Assembly (NCBI RefSeq): GCF_009914755.1
Contig: NC_060929.1
DNA: 64,000 nt
Strand: one strand, 5' to 3'
Source: the human T2T-CHM13v2.0 reference genome, Homo sapiens
Every line of letters begins with the position of its first letter. The first letter of the stretch is position 1. Under the pieces are notes generated by a model that had not been told where the DNA came from, did not search any database, and saw only the letters and a list, made by a program, of their open reading frames with translations. A program made the translations under genes and the position numbers. Below are positions 17,265-34,358 of the stretch, piece by piece.

Positions 17265-17765
17265 TTCTAGTTAGCCAAGGATCTTTGGCTATAAGCAACA
17301 GAAAGAGAGACAATGACACGTAAGCAAAACAGTTTTATTGTTTTTTCTTATGAACTCAAACTTACTATAATGACTTGGGTAGCATAAGAAATGAAACATA
17401 AAGAGGTAGGCTCAAAAAGAGTGAAATAATAGGAGGATTATATCATTTTTGAAGACATATGCTACAGGGAGTAGTTTGATTAATATACTACGTTTTGGGG
17501 CCATCGATGTTGGCATGAATTCACTGTGCTTGTTTCTGTACTTATTTCACTGAGGATTCAAAGTCTTAGAAAAGAAGAAGAGCCCAGCTAGGCTCACTTA
17601 GGTGAAATGAAAACCATTTATCCAGGGTCGGGCAAGATATCTTTTTTGGTAATCTCATCAAAACTGAAGTCAAATATTTTTGATCTTTTCAAAAGGATAT
17701 CAGGGGACTTCTACTAGAACAATGGGAGTAGATAATGGAAAATAAGCCAACAAAAATCCATTATA
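17265..17765 (-). mobile_element. Possible very old MLT1-type (MaLR) LTR
   Basis: Terminus tagttagccaaggatctttggctataagcaacagaaa...ttttattg. The rest is highly degenerate. Confidence 0.35.
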
Positions 17766-18189
17766 ACAACTATCTATCCAAAGTTTCCTTTGATTAATCA
17801 ATGTATCTATAAGGGGTACTAAGGCTACCTAATATACTCAAATTATCCTGCAAATATTTCTTATGTATTGCTGATGGCCCAATATGCTGTTTTGCCAAAT
17901 TCCTCAAACTTGGCAAGACTCAGCGCCAAACTCTGAGGACCATGCCATTTTTATTGAGGCTTGGTTTTGTCTCTGTTAGTAGAAATCCAGAGTAGACTTT
18001 ACCCTAGACCATGGTCCTTAGTCCTAATGTGTGATCTGGTGTCTCACCTGGATGGCTATGGTGTTAACAAGATCTGTTTATTCGGCATGGTCCAGAACTG
18101 CATTATCTTTCAGCATTACTTTATTTGTTCTTTTATCTCTATTCTGTCCCTAACCCAATAGCAGTAACTCCCTAGTAAGCATCTAAAGT

Positions 18190-18920
<731 letters not shown>

Positions 18921-19597
18921 CAGCAATATATAATAACATTGTAAGCTCCAAAACATAAATATTCCTTGCATATTTTAGTAACAATTTAGAAAATCTTGAG
19001 AATATCATATTTCTGGAGGCCATGTATAGAGAAGATTACCCTAAAAGGTAATCAAGTTAATATACAGAGGATTCAGAATACTGGTTAGCACAGGTGGACA
19101 AGGCAGGATTTCAACCTGCCTGGTCAGAAAACATAGGTAGATTTGAGTTATTGCCAAGATATTACCTTTTGAGTTGGATGGCAGTTTCATAGATGCTTAC
19201 TGTATTATTAAAGTAGACAAACAAAAAAAGATAAATCAATAAAAATGGACCTTGCATCTATGATTGATAAAATTGCATTATGAACAAAACAGTATAACTT
19301 CTCCAATTCTCTTCTTGTGAAGGCATTTTTAAAAATTGCTTATAAACTGGACCACAGGAGTTGTCTTTTCTTTTTTTCCTAACAAAGGCAAAAACAAGAC
19401 AAAAACTACTACATATAAGTTACTTTATGGGTAAATATGGGGCATTTTCTGAGAGATACTGAGATGCTCTCTGAGTAACGGGAAACTCTTGTATTCTTCC
19501 ATAAAGCTGAGCCCTAAAAAAACCACTTTAGATGACTCAAAATATTTTCAGTTGTGCTCAGCATTCAGGGATGAAATTTTATGACTGTTTAAGAAAG

Positions 19598-19810
19598 GAG
19601 CACTATATAATAGCCTCAAATTAGAAATAACCCGACTTCTAATAAGTATTAAAATAGATAAATAATATGTAGTAGATTTATACAATGTAATGCTTGCAGC
19701 AATTAAAAATGAGCTACTACTAAATGGAACAACATAAGCAAATTCTGTAAACATAATATTGAGCAAAGCAACCAGCCACATAAGAACACATATTAACTAT
19801 ATGATTCCAC
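19598..19810 (+). mobile_element. L1ME-type fragment
   Basis: agcactatataatagcctcaaattagaaataaccc...aaacataatattgagcaaag...tatatgattccac. Confidence 0.65.
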
Positions 19811-19812
19811 GT

Positions 19813-19918
19813 TGTGGTGGTTAATTCTGAGGGTCAACCTGATTGGGTTGATGGATACAAAGTATTAATCCTGGGTGTGTCTGTGTGGGTGTTGCCAAAA
19901 GAGATTAACATTTGAGTC
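19813..19918 (+). mobile_element. MLT2A LTR 5' fragment (HERV-L)
   Basis: tgtggtggttaattctgagggtcaacctgattggg...aaagtattaatcctgggtgtgtctgtgtgggtgttgccaaaagagattaacatttgagtc, then abrupt truncation. Confidence 0.85.
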
Positions 19919-20756
19919 TGGCACATTTGACCAATTGGAGATGTGCTTTCTGGCCCTGAGCTCTCTTTCTATTGAGCCAACTTGTCTAGAATAAAATATA
20001 TGAGTCCAAACTTTTCTTGTGCTCCAAAGTGATTTATCACAGATCAGAAACTTCAGTTTGACAAATTTTTAACTGTCAAAGTGTCTGCTTTCTCTGTAGA
20101 TGACATTCCATTATACCCATGCACAACAAGTCATCTTGTCAAGAGGTTAACTGAAGTCAAATCATGACTTGCTTTAATTACTTGGCCTCTAATAGAAAAG
20201 AAAGGCCCCTTGTTAGTACATAATTTGATGTCTTACTGAGTAAAGCAAGAATGTTTTTTGGGAAGATTTAAGCCAAGATGCGCTTACTCAAAGATATAAT
20301 ACTTGGAAATAATAAGTTAACACTAGCACAGCATCTACTACACTTTACATATCACATTAATCTGTATTTAATCAGCAGAAAAGAACCACTATACGTATTA
20401 TGGAACTAAAATTAGAGCTTATGTAAATGGGGAGAGGTCTGGGCAAATGAAAATATGAGAAATCACACTTGGAGGGTTGCATAAATGGTCACTATACAGT
20501 CCAAAGCACTGCATTTGGAGAAGAAAGCCACCAGTCATGAGTACATCTGCATAGTACCAAGACCAAGGAGGCGAACTTGTAAAGAGATGTGGAAGCCTAC
20601 CACTTCTGACTACCACAGCCTTCAAAAATAGTAGCTTCTGCCTCACTTTGTCTGTTGATGTCACATGACTTCCTCTCATTCGAAAATTCAAAACTGGCCT
20701 GTATGGCAAAGGGGATTCTGGAAAGTATAGTTTCTAGTCTTAATAGGAGTGATGGT

Positions 20757-21299
20757 TGTGATGGTTAATTTCATGTGTCAACTTGACTGAGCTAAGGGAT
20801 GCCCAGATAGCTAATAAAATATTATTTCTGGGTGTGTCTCTGAGAGTGTTTCTGGAAAAAATTACCATTTAAATCAGTAGACTTAGTAGAGATCCCCCTA
20901 CCAATTTGGGTGGGCATCATCTGATATATTTTTGGCCTTAACAGAACACAAAGGCAAAATGATGATTTTTTTACCCCTAATAATAATATCCCATGGAAAC
21001 AAATGTCTCATTCTCATTCTCTCTCTCTCTTTCTTCCCCTCTCTGCTCTCTGCTTGAGCTGGGTCATTCATCTTCTCTTTCCCTCAGACATCAGTGTTTC
21101 TAGCTCTTGGGTCTTTGAACTTGGACTGGGACCTATATTGTTGACTTCCTGAGTTCTCAGACCACAGGTTTTCCTGGGCGTCCAGCATGCAGACAGCAAA
21201 TCATAGGAGTTCTCAGTCTCCTTACTTGCATAAGACAATTTTTCATAATAAATCTATTTCCCATTGGTTCTGTATCTCTGGAGAACCTTAACTAATACA
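20757..21299 (+). mobile_element. MLT2 (MLT2D-like) solo LTR
   Basis: tgtgatggttaatttcatgtgtcaacttgactgagctaagggatgcccagatagc...aataaatct...attggttctgtatctctggagaaccttaactaataca. TG...CA termini. Confidence 0.9.
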
Positions 21300-22149
21300 A
21301 AAAGGGTTGGTGGTGATGTTGCCATGTGGACAGCATTCATTCACCCATTCTGGTACACTGCCCTCTGTCACTTTAGCATTTTTATTTCCTTTTATTCATA
21401 TTTAGGTTCTAAATAAAATGAACAATATCCTGCTTCTGCTTCATATGATGCCACTATCTCATACACAACTGTATCTTTTCCACATACAGCTGAAGACAAA
21501 TTAATCTCTCCCTGAAAGAGGAAGCACTAATCTAATGGATTCTGTCCATCTTTGGAGAAACTTATTGCTCTTCCAATTGAGTTTTACTCCGGCTTTGATA
21601 TTCTAATACTTAGATACTGAGATGTGGGTTGAAATGTGATTGTCACATTTACATTAGATAGTATGGGGCTGAGAGAGAGAGAAAAAATAACAAATATATG
21701 CAAACATATTAATAGCAAAGAAAACAAAAAATTCACAACATGATTACAGTCTTTGTTTCTGAACTGGTCTTATGATTCATACTTATAACTTCTTTCTTCC
21801 ACTTTCCACTCCATTTTTCCTTTGCCCTGAGAAAGGAACTCAGTATGCTGGTTTGATATAAATCAAATCTCTGGGAATTAAAACCACTGAAATAATAGAA
21901 ACCAAAATTGCAGAGTTAATGAGAAAAAAATTTAGAAGCTCATTCTGTTTAATAATGACAGGCATATATTAGTTTTCTATTGCTGTGTAAAAAATAACTA
22001 CAAGCTTGATAATTCAGAATTATTTTCCTTAAGGCTGAAAATGTCATAGTAATGTCCTTTTCAAATCCTGTAATGAGAGAGAAAGAAACTGTTGATATTC
22101 CATGGGATATTATTAGGGGGAGAAAATCATGGGAAGCATTGTAAAGTAT

Positions 22150-22577
22150 TGTATTAGTTAGGATTCTCCAGAGAAACAGAATCAAGATGTTGTATGTATG
22201 TATGTATGTATGTATGTATATTTATTAATTTTAAGGAATTGGTTTATGTAATTATGGATGATGACAAGTTAAAAATCTGTCTTATGGGCCAACGTGTTGG
22301 GGACCCAGGAGAGCAAGTTGTGGTTCTAGTCTAACAGCAGGCAGGCTAGAGACCCAGAAGAGCTGATAGTGCAGATGAAATCTAAAGGCAGTCTGCTAGA
22401 GAATCCCCCACTTCCTTGGGGAGGCCAGTCTTTTTGTTCTAGTCAGGCCTTCACCTGATTGGTTGAAGTCTACCCACATTATGGACTACAATCTACTTTA
22501 CCCCAAGTTTATCATTTTAAAAGTCAGTTTCATCTAAAAATACCCTTCATGTTGACACATTAAAATTGACCACCACA
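22150..22577 (-). mobile_element. MLT2 (MLT2C-like) solo LTR containing (TATG)n
   Basis: tgtattagttaggattctccagagaaacagaa...gttgacacattaaaattgaccaccaca. Confidence 0.9.
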
Positions 22578-23427
22578 GGCATGTCCACTACTCCTAAAAA
22601 AAGTCTTAAGAAGGAAAGTACTGTATTTCTTCTTTACAAATAAGAAACCAAAGTACAGAGAAATTAAATAGCAGTTAGTTATCTATAATAGTTAAACATA
22701 GACTTATGACATAAAATCCCTGCTGATATTTCTGAGGAAATGGAAGCAGGACTGAGATGTATTAAATACATTATCTATACCAAGTATTGTGAAGGGTTTT
22801 AACTATGTTCACATTTTAATTCTCTTGACCGCCTAGCAGGACAGCAATCATTATTTTTAAATTACTTATGGGAAAAGAAATGTCAAAAAGTGACTTGTGA
22901 AAAGTTCTGCCGTTGGAAAGTGGCCTTAGAGGGGACCCTTTGTGACATTTCTTTGAATAACATCTTTTTTGTTTATTTCTTTTTATTTTTTACTTGACCC
23001 ATATCTCATTTACACACATTCTAGTATATGAAATTCTGTTAAATATCCTTGTCACATTGTGCTTATTACTGAAAGGAATATTTCTGTTATGAGTGATCCA
23101 ACCAGAAATGACTTAAGCAAATAGTGATATAATAATTTTATTACAAATAGGCACAATGCAGATAATGCTATTTAATGATGGTGCCGTTAATTTTTCTCAT
23201 TTGCATTTTCCAAAATATTCTCTATCTTCTCTATAATTTTGGTCAGTCACTCATAATATGTCTGTTTGCAAATATGATGAGTCTGTTTTTTCTCATTAAA
23301 ATTGGTTTCAAATACATACTTAGCAAGCAACTATCTTGAAATAGCTAGGTATTAAATTTAAGCCTTTACAAGTACCTGATTGCCTATCTAAAACACAACT
23401 TTATATGCTATTTTAAATTACAGAATT

Positions 23428-23692
23428 AATTTTTTTGTTGTTTTTTTTTTGAGATGGAGTCTCATTCTGTTGCCCGGGCTTGAGTGCAGTGGTGAGATCT
23501 TGGCTCACTGCAACCTCCAGCTCCCTCAGCCTCCCGAGTAGTTGGGACTACAGGCACACGCCACCACCACCAGCTAATTTTTTGTATTTTTAGTAGAGAC
23601 AGGGTTTAGCCATGTTGGCCAGGCTGGTCTTGAACCTCAGGTGATTCACCCACCTTGGCTGAGATTACAGGCATGATCCACTGTGCCCGGCC
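23428..23692 (-). mobile_element. AluS with three internal deletions
   Basis: Alu dimer in reverse. TSD taaattacagaatt (23414-23427) / taaattatagaatt (23693-23706). Confidence 0.93.
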
Positions 23693-24241
23693 TAAATTAT
23701 AGAATTTTTTGACAAAGATAATAGAACAATTAAATTCACTAATCAAAGAGTACTTCCAGTGAAAGTGCTCGCAGAAACACCTAATTCTAATTTATCAACC
23801 AAAACCAATTTCTATGTGTGTTTTTATTTATTAACATACTGGGATAGCAAGTTACATTGTTTTGTAAACAAGTCAGGTGAAAACCTTTCTGGAGTGTTTG
23901 GTCTTTATAAACTTTCAGGGTTTCATGGTCAGTTTCCTACAGGCAAGGTTTGTGTCAAGGGTAACCAGTTTGGAGGATTCCACATACGGTGTTCATGGCT
24001 TTCAAAGCTGGTTTTGAGGTTGTCTCTGTAGATAAATCCCCAGGACACAGGAATGTCTAAATATTCACTGTTAACTTGAACACACTGCCAAAAATGAGAA
24101 CATTGTATTTCAGTTTAATAGAATTTCTCTGTATTTCATTCAGTGCTTTTGAAATAAAAGCTTAAAGTTAAATCAGTATAGATGATACCTTTTCCATCAA
24201 CTTACTTTATATTTCAGGACTTTTAAATGTATCTGTGTGAA

Positions 24242-24770
24242 TATAGCAGGCAGATTTGGGTGCTCCACCCAACATCAATTCCTAATTCCATTCTCCTGGC
24301 CATCTCCCACATAAAACCAAAAAAACCTAAAGTCACTCTCCTGGTCTACCTTGGAGGCCATTTGACTTAGCTATGTCAAGGAAAAATCTGTGGATGTCTT
24401 CTAGTGGGGTGCAGAGATGGTCTTCTGAGGAAAATTTCATTTTTGTCATGAAAGGAGCAGTCACCACTTGTACTACTTTTTTTTTGTTCCTTCTATTCCC
24501 ATCTTCCTAATTTGAATACAAGTGTGAATCTTGGATCTCTGGAAGATATCCTGAGACTTCCAGAATTAAAGAACAACAAGCTAAATGTAGTGGAGTAAAA
24601 AGACTGAAAGACCTTTGGTCCTTGAGGGTATCATAAAACCATGAAACCAAGGCCAGGAGCTGCCTTTTTCTACCTCTAATTACATGAGGAAAAGCTATGT
24701 TACTATTTGCTTAAGTCACTTCCAGCTGGATCTCTGTTACTCAAAACTGAAAGCATTCCCTTCATGCTGT
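24242..24770 (+). mobile_element. Old MLT1 (I/J/K-like) MaLR LTR
   Basis: ggagtaaaaagactgaaagacctttggtccttgagggtatca...tttgcttaagtcact...tctgttactcaaaactgaaagcattcc. Confidence 0.65.
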
Positions 24771-24784
24771 AAGTAACAATAATC

Positions 24785-24990
24785 ATAATAATAAAAGTAC
24801 TTAGAAACCTAGACTAAGGAATATAGTGTTTCCTACTATGTGACAGCAAAGGTCTAAGAGATTTAGGCTTATCAACTCATTGAATCCCCTTAACAATCCT
24901 ATAGCTATTAGTATTACTAAGATACCCATTTACGTCTGAGGAAAGAGAGGTACAGTATGACAGTAAAATAGGACCACTGCAAGCAAAGGT
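24785..24990 (-). mobile_element. MIR SINE
   Basis: cctactatgtgacagca...ctcattgaatccccttaacaatcctat...cccatttacgtctgaggaaagagagg. Confidence 0.65.
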
Positions 24991-25079
24991 GCCAGAATAT
25001 TGGACAAAGACCTAGAATGAGAGCTTTTCATATTATCATGAGAGATTCACTCACTTCCCCAGAGTATGTATGGCTATGC

Positions 25080-25215
25080 TGTCAATATGGTAGACCAATA
25101 AACAATATGGGCTATGAACTCAGACACATCTTGGCCTCAATCTAAGCCCTGCCACTTATTAGATGTCTGATCTTGGGTAGTATAGTAAATATCTCTAAGC
25201 CTCAGTTTACACATA
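25080..25215 (+). mobile_element. MIR SINE fragment
   Basis: gccctgccacttattagatgtctgatcttgggtag...tctctaagcctcagttt. Confidence 0.7.
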
Positions 25216-25319
25216 CTGCTGAGTATGTACCTTTTTATTTAAGACAGAGAAATAAAAGTATCCTGTAGTATTCTCCAATGTGTTTCCGAGCTAAAGTAGC
25301 TCATCCTCCTTACTGTCAT

Positions 25320-25555
25320 CATGGCTCAGCTTTTACTGAGTACTCATTGTGAGTTAGGTACAGACTTATACACTTTATATGTAAAATGTATTCATTCCTC
25401 ACATCACCCCCTCATCATATCACATCACATCAACACAGCATTATTATTTTTACCTCTTGCAAATGGGGAAAATTGTGACCACATAGCTTTTAAGTAGAAG
25501 AGCCAGGGTTCATACTGAAGTATGACTGATTCTAAAATTTATGTTTTTAGTCACT
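25320..25555 (-). mobile_element. MIR SINE
   Basis: tttactgagtactcattgtgagttaggtac...cattcctcacatcaccc...aagtagaagagccagggttc. Confidence 0.6.
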
Positions 25556-25663
25556 AGGCCTTTCTCTCCCCGGGAGGCACTGGAAACATAAATAACAACC
25601 ATAAAATGTTTTTATTCCCTGGGGAGGGTCTGTAGGGGGAGACCAATAAGGAAATAGTATTTT

Positions 25664-25998
<335 letters not shown>

Positions 25999-27394
25999 TG
26001 ATATGGTAATGCAAAAGGATTAAAAGTTACACCATTTCAATGTCTCATTTGTGTCCTGATCTCACATTTTGCTAAGAGGATATTAAAATTTGTGTGTGTG
26101 TGTATGTCTGTATGTGTGACCTTTCTTATGTTGTTGCTTCTTATGGTATGCTGTTCTGTGATTTTTCCTAGGCCACATTTTCTGTAGACTACTGGGTGCT
26201 GCTTTATAATGAAGATAGCATGACAGAGGACAAGTAGGCTGACATGGGTAGGAGGAAAATGAAGTCCTGGTCTCCAAATAGACTCCTCCCTACCCTTTGA
26301 GAAACAGAGTCACACTGGTTGTGTCCTTGAAGAAAACAAAGGAATAATTGAGACCATTAATATTAAAGATTTTACTAGGGACATATGCTACCCTTTACAG
26401 AAACTCTGGAATGAGTATTGTTCAAGTGATTTAAATTCCCTAAAAGATCATTCTACTATGTTAGTTCAAGACTAATGAGCTGAATATGAACAGTAGGGCA
26501 ATGGAAAGAAAAAAAAATACATTCAAAGTCTATTTCCTGGATTTCAGCCCCAATCCCTTTAACTGAAACGTGACAGTTGTCATCTTTATTTTACTATGCC
26601 ATTCTAACTCAGATCATGATGCCTTCATGTATTTCAACTGTGCAATTCAATCACAGAATGGAAGACTCTACTTGCAAAATTTAACAATTACTTTAAAAAT
26701 CACTTGGCAATTTAAAACATTTTAGACAAATAAAAGTGAACATTATGCCCAGGCAAAATATTAATAGGAGACTGTGGAACAATCCATCTTTGCATAGCAA
26801 TTTGTGAACATATGGTGATACATTCAAACAAAAGGCCACGTTCAAGGTTGAAACAGCCTTTGTGCAATGGGGCCAGGCAATAACTCATGGCATTGATTAC
26901 ATAAAATGTAGCTGGAGGCTTCTTTGATGGCTTACTGTTTTGTAGGTCCGTGCTGGGTAAGTAATAAGGAAAGCTGGAAATGTGCTAAGGTTTACAAGGC
27001 AAACCATACATCTCTTGGTCATTTATTTACTCATTTTGTTAATTTGTTTTTATGATCTTATCCTGTAAGAGATAGCATGTAGTGACTTAATAGTCCACCC
27101 TAAGTGTGAGATTTGGAAACAACCTTCTTTATCAACCCAATTTATTCATTGCCAAAAGAAGGAAAACACGGATTTGGGGTAAGTTATGTCCTTCTAGTGT
27201 TGAGAATAATAGTTGAGTGTGTATAGAGCCTTTTAAAATTATTGTTAAAAACTGGTCATGGAACTGTAACTCTTTACAAACATGCCCATAATTTAATCAC
27301 AACACAATAAGACTTACATCCACCGACAAAGATATAACCGAAAAACCACCTTGTGCCAAATTAAATATAAGAAAATTAAATATAAGATACAGAC

Positions 27395-27520
27395 TGTGGA
27401 TGCTCAATTTCTTGTCTTCCATGTGCCACATTGGACAAAGAATTGTCTTGAGCTGCACATGAAATACACTAACACTAACGATAGCTGATAAGCTAAAAAA
27501 AACACAAAAATGTCTCATAA
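27395..27520 (+). mobile_element. MER30 (hAT-Charlie) left half, split by L1PA4
   Basis: gccacattggacaaagaattgtcttgagc...aaatacactaacactaacgatagctgataagctaaaaaaa...tctcataa. Preceded by 8-bp TSD atacagac. Confidence 0.9.
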
Positions 27521-27753
27521 CACTTTTTTTAAATTTTATTTTATTATTATTATACTTTAAGTTTTAGGGTACATGTGCACAATGTGCAGGTTTGTTACAT
27601 ATGTATACATGTGCCATGTTGGTGTGCTGCACCCATTAACTCGTCATTTAGCATTAGGTATATCTCCTAATGCTATCCCTCCCCCCTCCCCCTACCCCAC
27701 AACGGTTCCCGGAGTGTGATGTTCCCCTTCCTGTGTCCATGTGTTCTCATTGT

Positions 27754-31579
<3,826 letters not shown>

Positions 31580-31642
31580 TATGATGTTAGCTGGTTATTT
31601 TGCTCGTTAGTTGATGCAGTTTCTTCCTAGCCTTGATGGTCT

Positions 31643-32454
31643 TTACATTTTGGCATGTTGTTGCAGTGGCTGGTACCGGTTGTTCCTTTCCATGTTTAGC
31701 ACTTCCTTCAGGACCTCTTTTAGGGCAGGCCTGGTGGTGACAAAATCTCTCAGAATTTGCTTGTCTGTAAAGTATTTTATTTCTCCTTCACTTATGAAGC
31801 TTAGTTTGGCTGGATATGAAATTCTGGATTGAAAATTCTTTTGTTTAAGAATGTTGAATATTGGCCCCCACTCTCTTCTGGCTTGTAGAGTTTCTGCCGA
31901 GAGATCCGCTGTTAGTCTGATGGGCTTCCCTTTGTGGGTAACCTGACCTTTCTCTCTGGCTGCCCTTAACATTTTTTCCTCCATTTCAACTTTGGTGAAT
32001 CTGGCAATTATGTGTCTTGGAGTTGCTCTTCTCGAGGAGTATCTTTGTGGCGTTCTGTGTATTTCCTGAATGTAAATGTTGGCCTGCCTTGCTAGATTGG
32101 GGAAATTCTTCTGGATAATATCCTGCAGAGTGTTTTCCAACTTGGTTCCATTCTCCCCATCACTTTCAGGTACACCAATCAGACGTAGATTTGGTCTTTT
32201 CACATAGTCCCATATTTCTTGGAGGCTTTGTTCGTTTCTTTTTCTTCTTTTTTCTCTAAACTTCCCTTCTCGCTTCATTTCATTCATTTCGTCTTCCGTC
32301 ACTGATACCCTTTCTTCCAGTTGATGGCATCGGCTCCTGCGGCTTCCGCATTCTTCATGTAGTTCTCAAGCCTTGGCTTTCAGCTCCATCAGGTCTTTTA
32401 AGGACTTCTCTGCATTGGTTATTCTAGTTATCCATTCGTCTAATTTTTTTCAAG
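31643..32454 (-). pseudogene. L1 ORF1p, 5'-truncated
   Basis: RNEQSLQEIWDYVKRPNLRLIGVPE...ARREWGPIF..YPAKLSF...QQHAKM. The N-terminus and 5'UTR promoter are absent. Confidence 0.95.
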
Positions 32455-32544
32455 TTTTAAGAAAGTTTACAAATTTGTGTTGGGCTGAATTCAAAGCTGT
32501 TCTGGGCTGCATGCAGCCCATGGGCCGTGGGTTGGACAAGCTTG
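32455..32544 (+). mobile_element. MER30 right half
   Basis: ttttaagaaagtttacaaatttgtgttgggctgaattcaaagc...gggttggacaagcttg, followed by TSD gtatagac. Confidence 0.9.
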
Positions 32545-32734
32545 GTATAGACCTTAACCACAAGAATCTTACAGCTTAATTAGCTAGAAATCTCTTTTTC
32601 TGCTATTATCTTTGATTATTGGAAACTTTCTAAAATAGTTTATTCCCAGCTTTATTAGGAGGAATATACTAGAAATAATTTCATTGTTCTTAGGTGACAG
32701 ACTTTGCACTGGCTTACATTTATTTTTCATATTT

Positions 32735-33700
32735 GATCATTTATGGATACATTTAACAAATATTCATCAACACAACCATGTGCCAGGCATTATAGGATTA
32801 AGAACTGAAGGCCAGGCATGGTGGCTCAGGCCTGTAATCCCAGCACCTTGGGAGGCTGAGGCAGGTGGATCACCTGAGGTTGGGAGGCTGAGGTGGGCGG
32901 ATCACCTGAGGTCAGGTGTTGGAGAGTAGCCTGGCCAACATGGCAAAACCACATCTCTACTAAAAATACAAAAATTAGCCGCTTGTGGTGGCTACTCAGG
33001 AGACAGAGGCAGGAGAATAGCTTGAACCCAGGAGGCAGAGGTTGCAGTGAGCCAAGATCGTACCACTGCACTCCAGCCTGGGCAACAGAGTGAGACTCCA
33101 CCTCAAACAGCAACAACAAATAACTGAAGCAGTGAATGTGTTAGATATCACTTGCTACTCTTATGTAACTTGCAATTCTAGTGAGTAACCTATAATACAA
33201 TATACCAATATCTATGTTAATGAGATTATAGGATGCTACAAGGGCTTGTGGAACATCCACCAAATCCAAGTTTGTATGGTCAGAGAAGCTTCACAAGAGA
33301 AGTTGCTTGAGATGAGACCAGAATTAGTTATGTAGAGCAAGAGTTATGAAAGAATCTCGACAGGTGATTCCAAGAGAGAGAAACGGAGAGAGAGGGGGAG
33401 TAAGAGAGACTGGTTTTCAAGTACTGAAATACTTTTACTGTAAAGGGACTGTTGATCTCCAAGTGGGCGGGTGCATTGAGAAGGTGAGAGGGGTAGCAGG
33501 AGGCCTGAATGTGTAGGTCCTTATAAAACATGGAAAGAAGTTTAGATATTATCCTAAGATAAGATAAAACCCTTTGAAAGATTCTAAACAGAGGAGTAGC
33601 ATAATTAAATTTGTGTGTATCATTCCTGCTATGGGTGTATAAGGGTGAGAATTTGAAAGTAAATATGGAGATATTACAGAATATGTCCAAAAATGAATTA
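32735..33700 (-). mobile_element. L2 LINE 3' region, interrupted by an Alu
   Basis: catttaacaaatattcatcaacacaaccatgtgccaggca...aggtccttataaaacatggaaagaagtttagatattatcctaag...tgaaagattctaaacagagg. Confidence 0.75.
32810..33119 (+). mobile_element. AluSx-like with a 32-bp internal duplication and a right-arm deletion
   Basis: Alu dimer. TSD aagaactgaag / aataactgaag. (CAA)n tail. Confidence 0.93.
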
Positions 33701-33716
33701 TGTAATTAAAAAATAA

Positions 33717-34005
33717 TTTTTATGTTTATTTGTATACATTTATGGGATACATGTGCAATTTTATTGCATACATAGGCTGCATATTTGCCAAGTAAGAGCT
33801 TTCAGGGTATCCATCACCTGAATAACATACATTATAACCATTAAATAATTTCTTATCATTTTCCCTCTTTCCACTTTCTCACCCCTTTGAGTGTCCATTA
33901 TCTATCATTCCATTCTCTATGTCCATGTGAACACATTTTTTAGCATCCACTTATGAGTGAGAACATGTGATATTTGTCTTTCTGTACCTGCCTTGTTTCA
34001 CTTAA
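33717..34005 (-). mobile_element. L1PB4-like 3' end fragment
   Basis: tttatgggatacatgtgcaatttt...gggtatccatcacctgaata...ccacttatgagtgagaacatgtgatatttgtctttctgt. Confidence 0.8.
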
Positions 34006-34089
34006 TACTTGCTTTTTAATGACTTGCTTCTTTCTCCTTTCTTCACCTACATCTAAAATTAGAGTGTCATATTAATTTGAGAAAGAGAA

Positions 34090-34358
34090 GACTTATGTTT
34101 GTCATTTTAGAATGAAAAACTATAGCCAAGCTAGAGGAAAGAAGATTTTAATTAGAACTTGATAAATAATGATCTGATAATTAGAGCTGTGTGAGAATCA
34201 AATAGGCAATCTCGGGAAGTAAGTCGCCACTCCTGGAAACATTTCTGCAGGGAAAAGATGATCACTAATAAAGGGATGTTGTGGAAGAGATGACTATGTT
34301 GCCAGGAGGTTGGACTAAATTGCCTCTAGAGTTTCTTCTGGTTCTCAAATTCTTTGAA
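34090..34358 (+). mobile_element. L3/CR1 LINE 3' end
   Basis: ggaggttggactaaattgcctctagagtttcttctggttctcaaattctttga resembles the L3/MIR3 terminus. Confidence 0.6.

Noticed and set aside
20360-20755. Possible old LTR upstream of the MLT2D (aaaggggattctggaaagtatagttt motif)
   Set aside because: Too degenerate to assign a family or boundaries without a profile search.
26946-26956. 11-nt micro-exon pattern (tgttttgtag|gtccgtgctgg|gtaagt)
   Set aside because: Short pyrimidine tract and not frame-preserving. Such patterns arise by chance without RNA evidence.
27358-27386. Short tandem duplications (aaattaaatataag x2; similar ones near 16343, 44580 and 60953)
   Set aside because: Ordinary slippage indels in AT-rich DNA.
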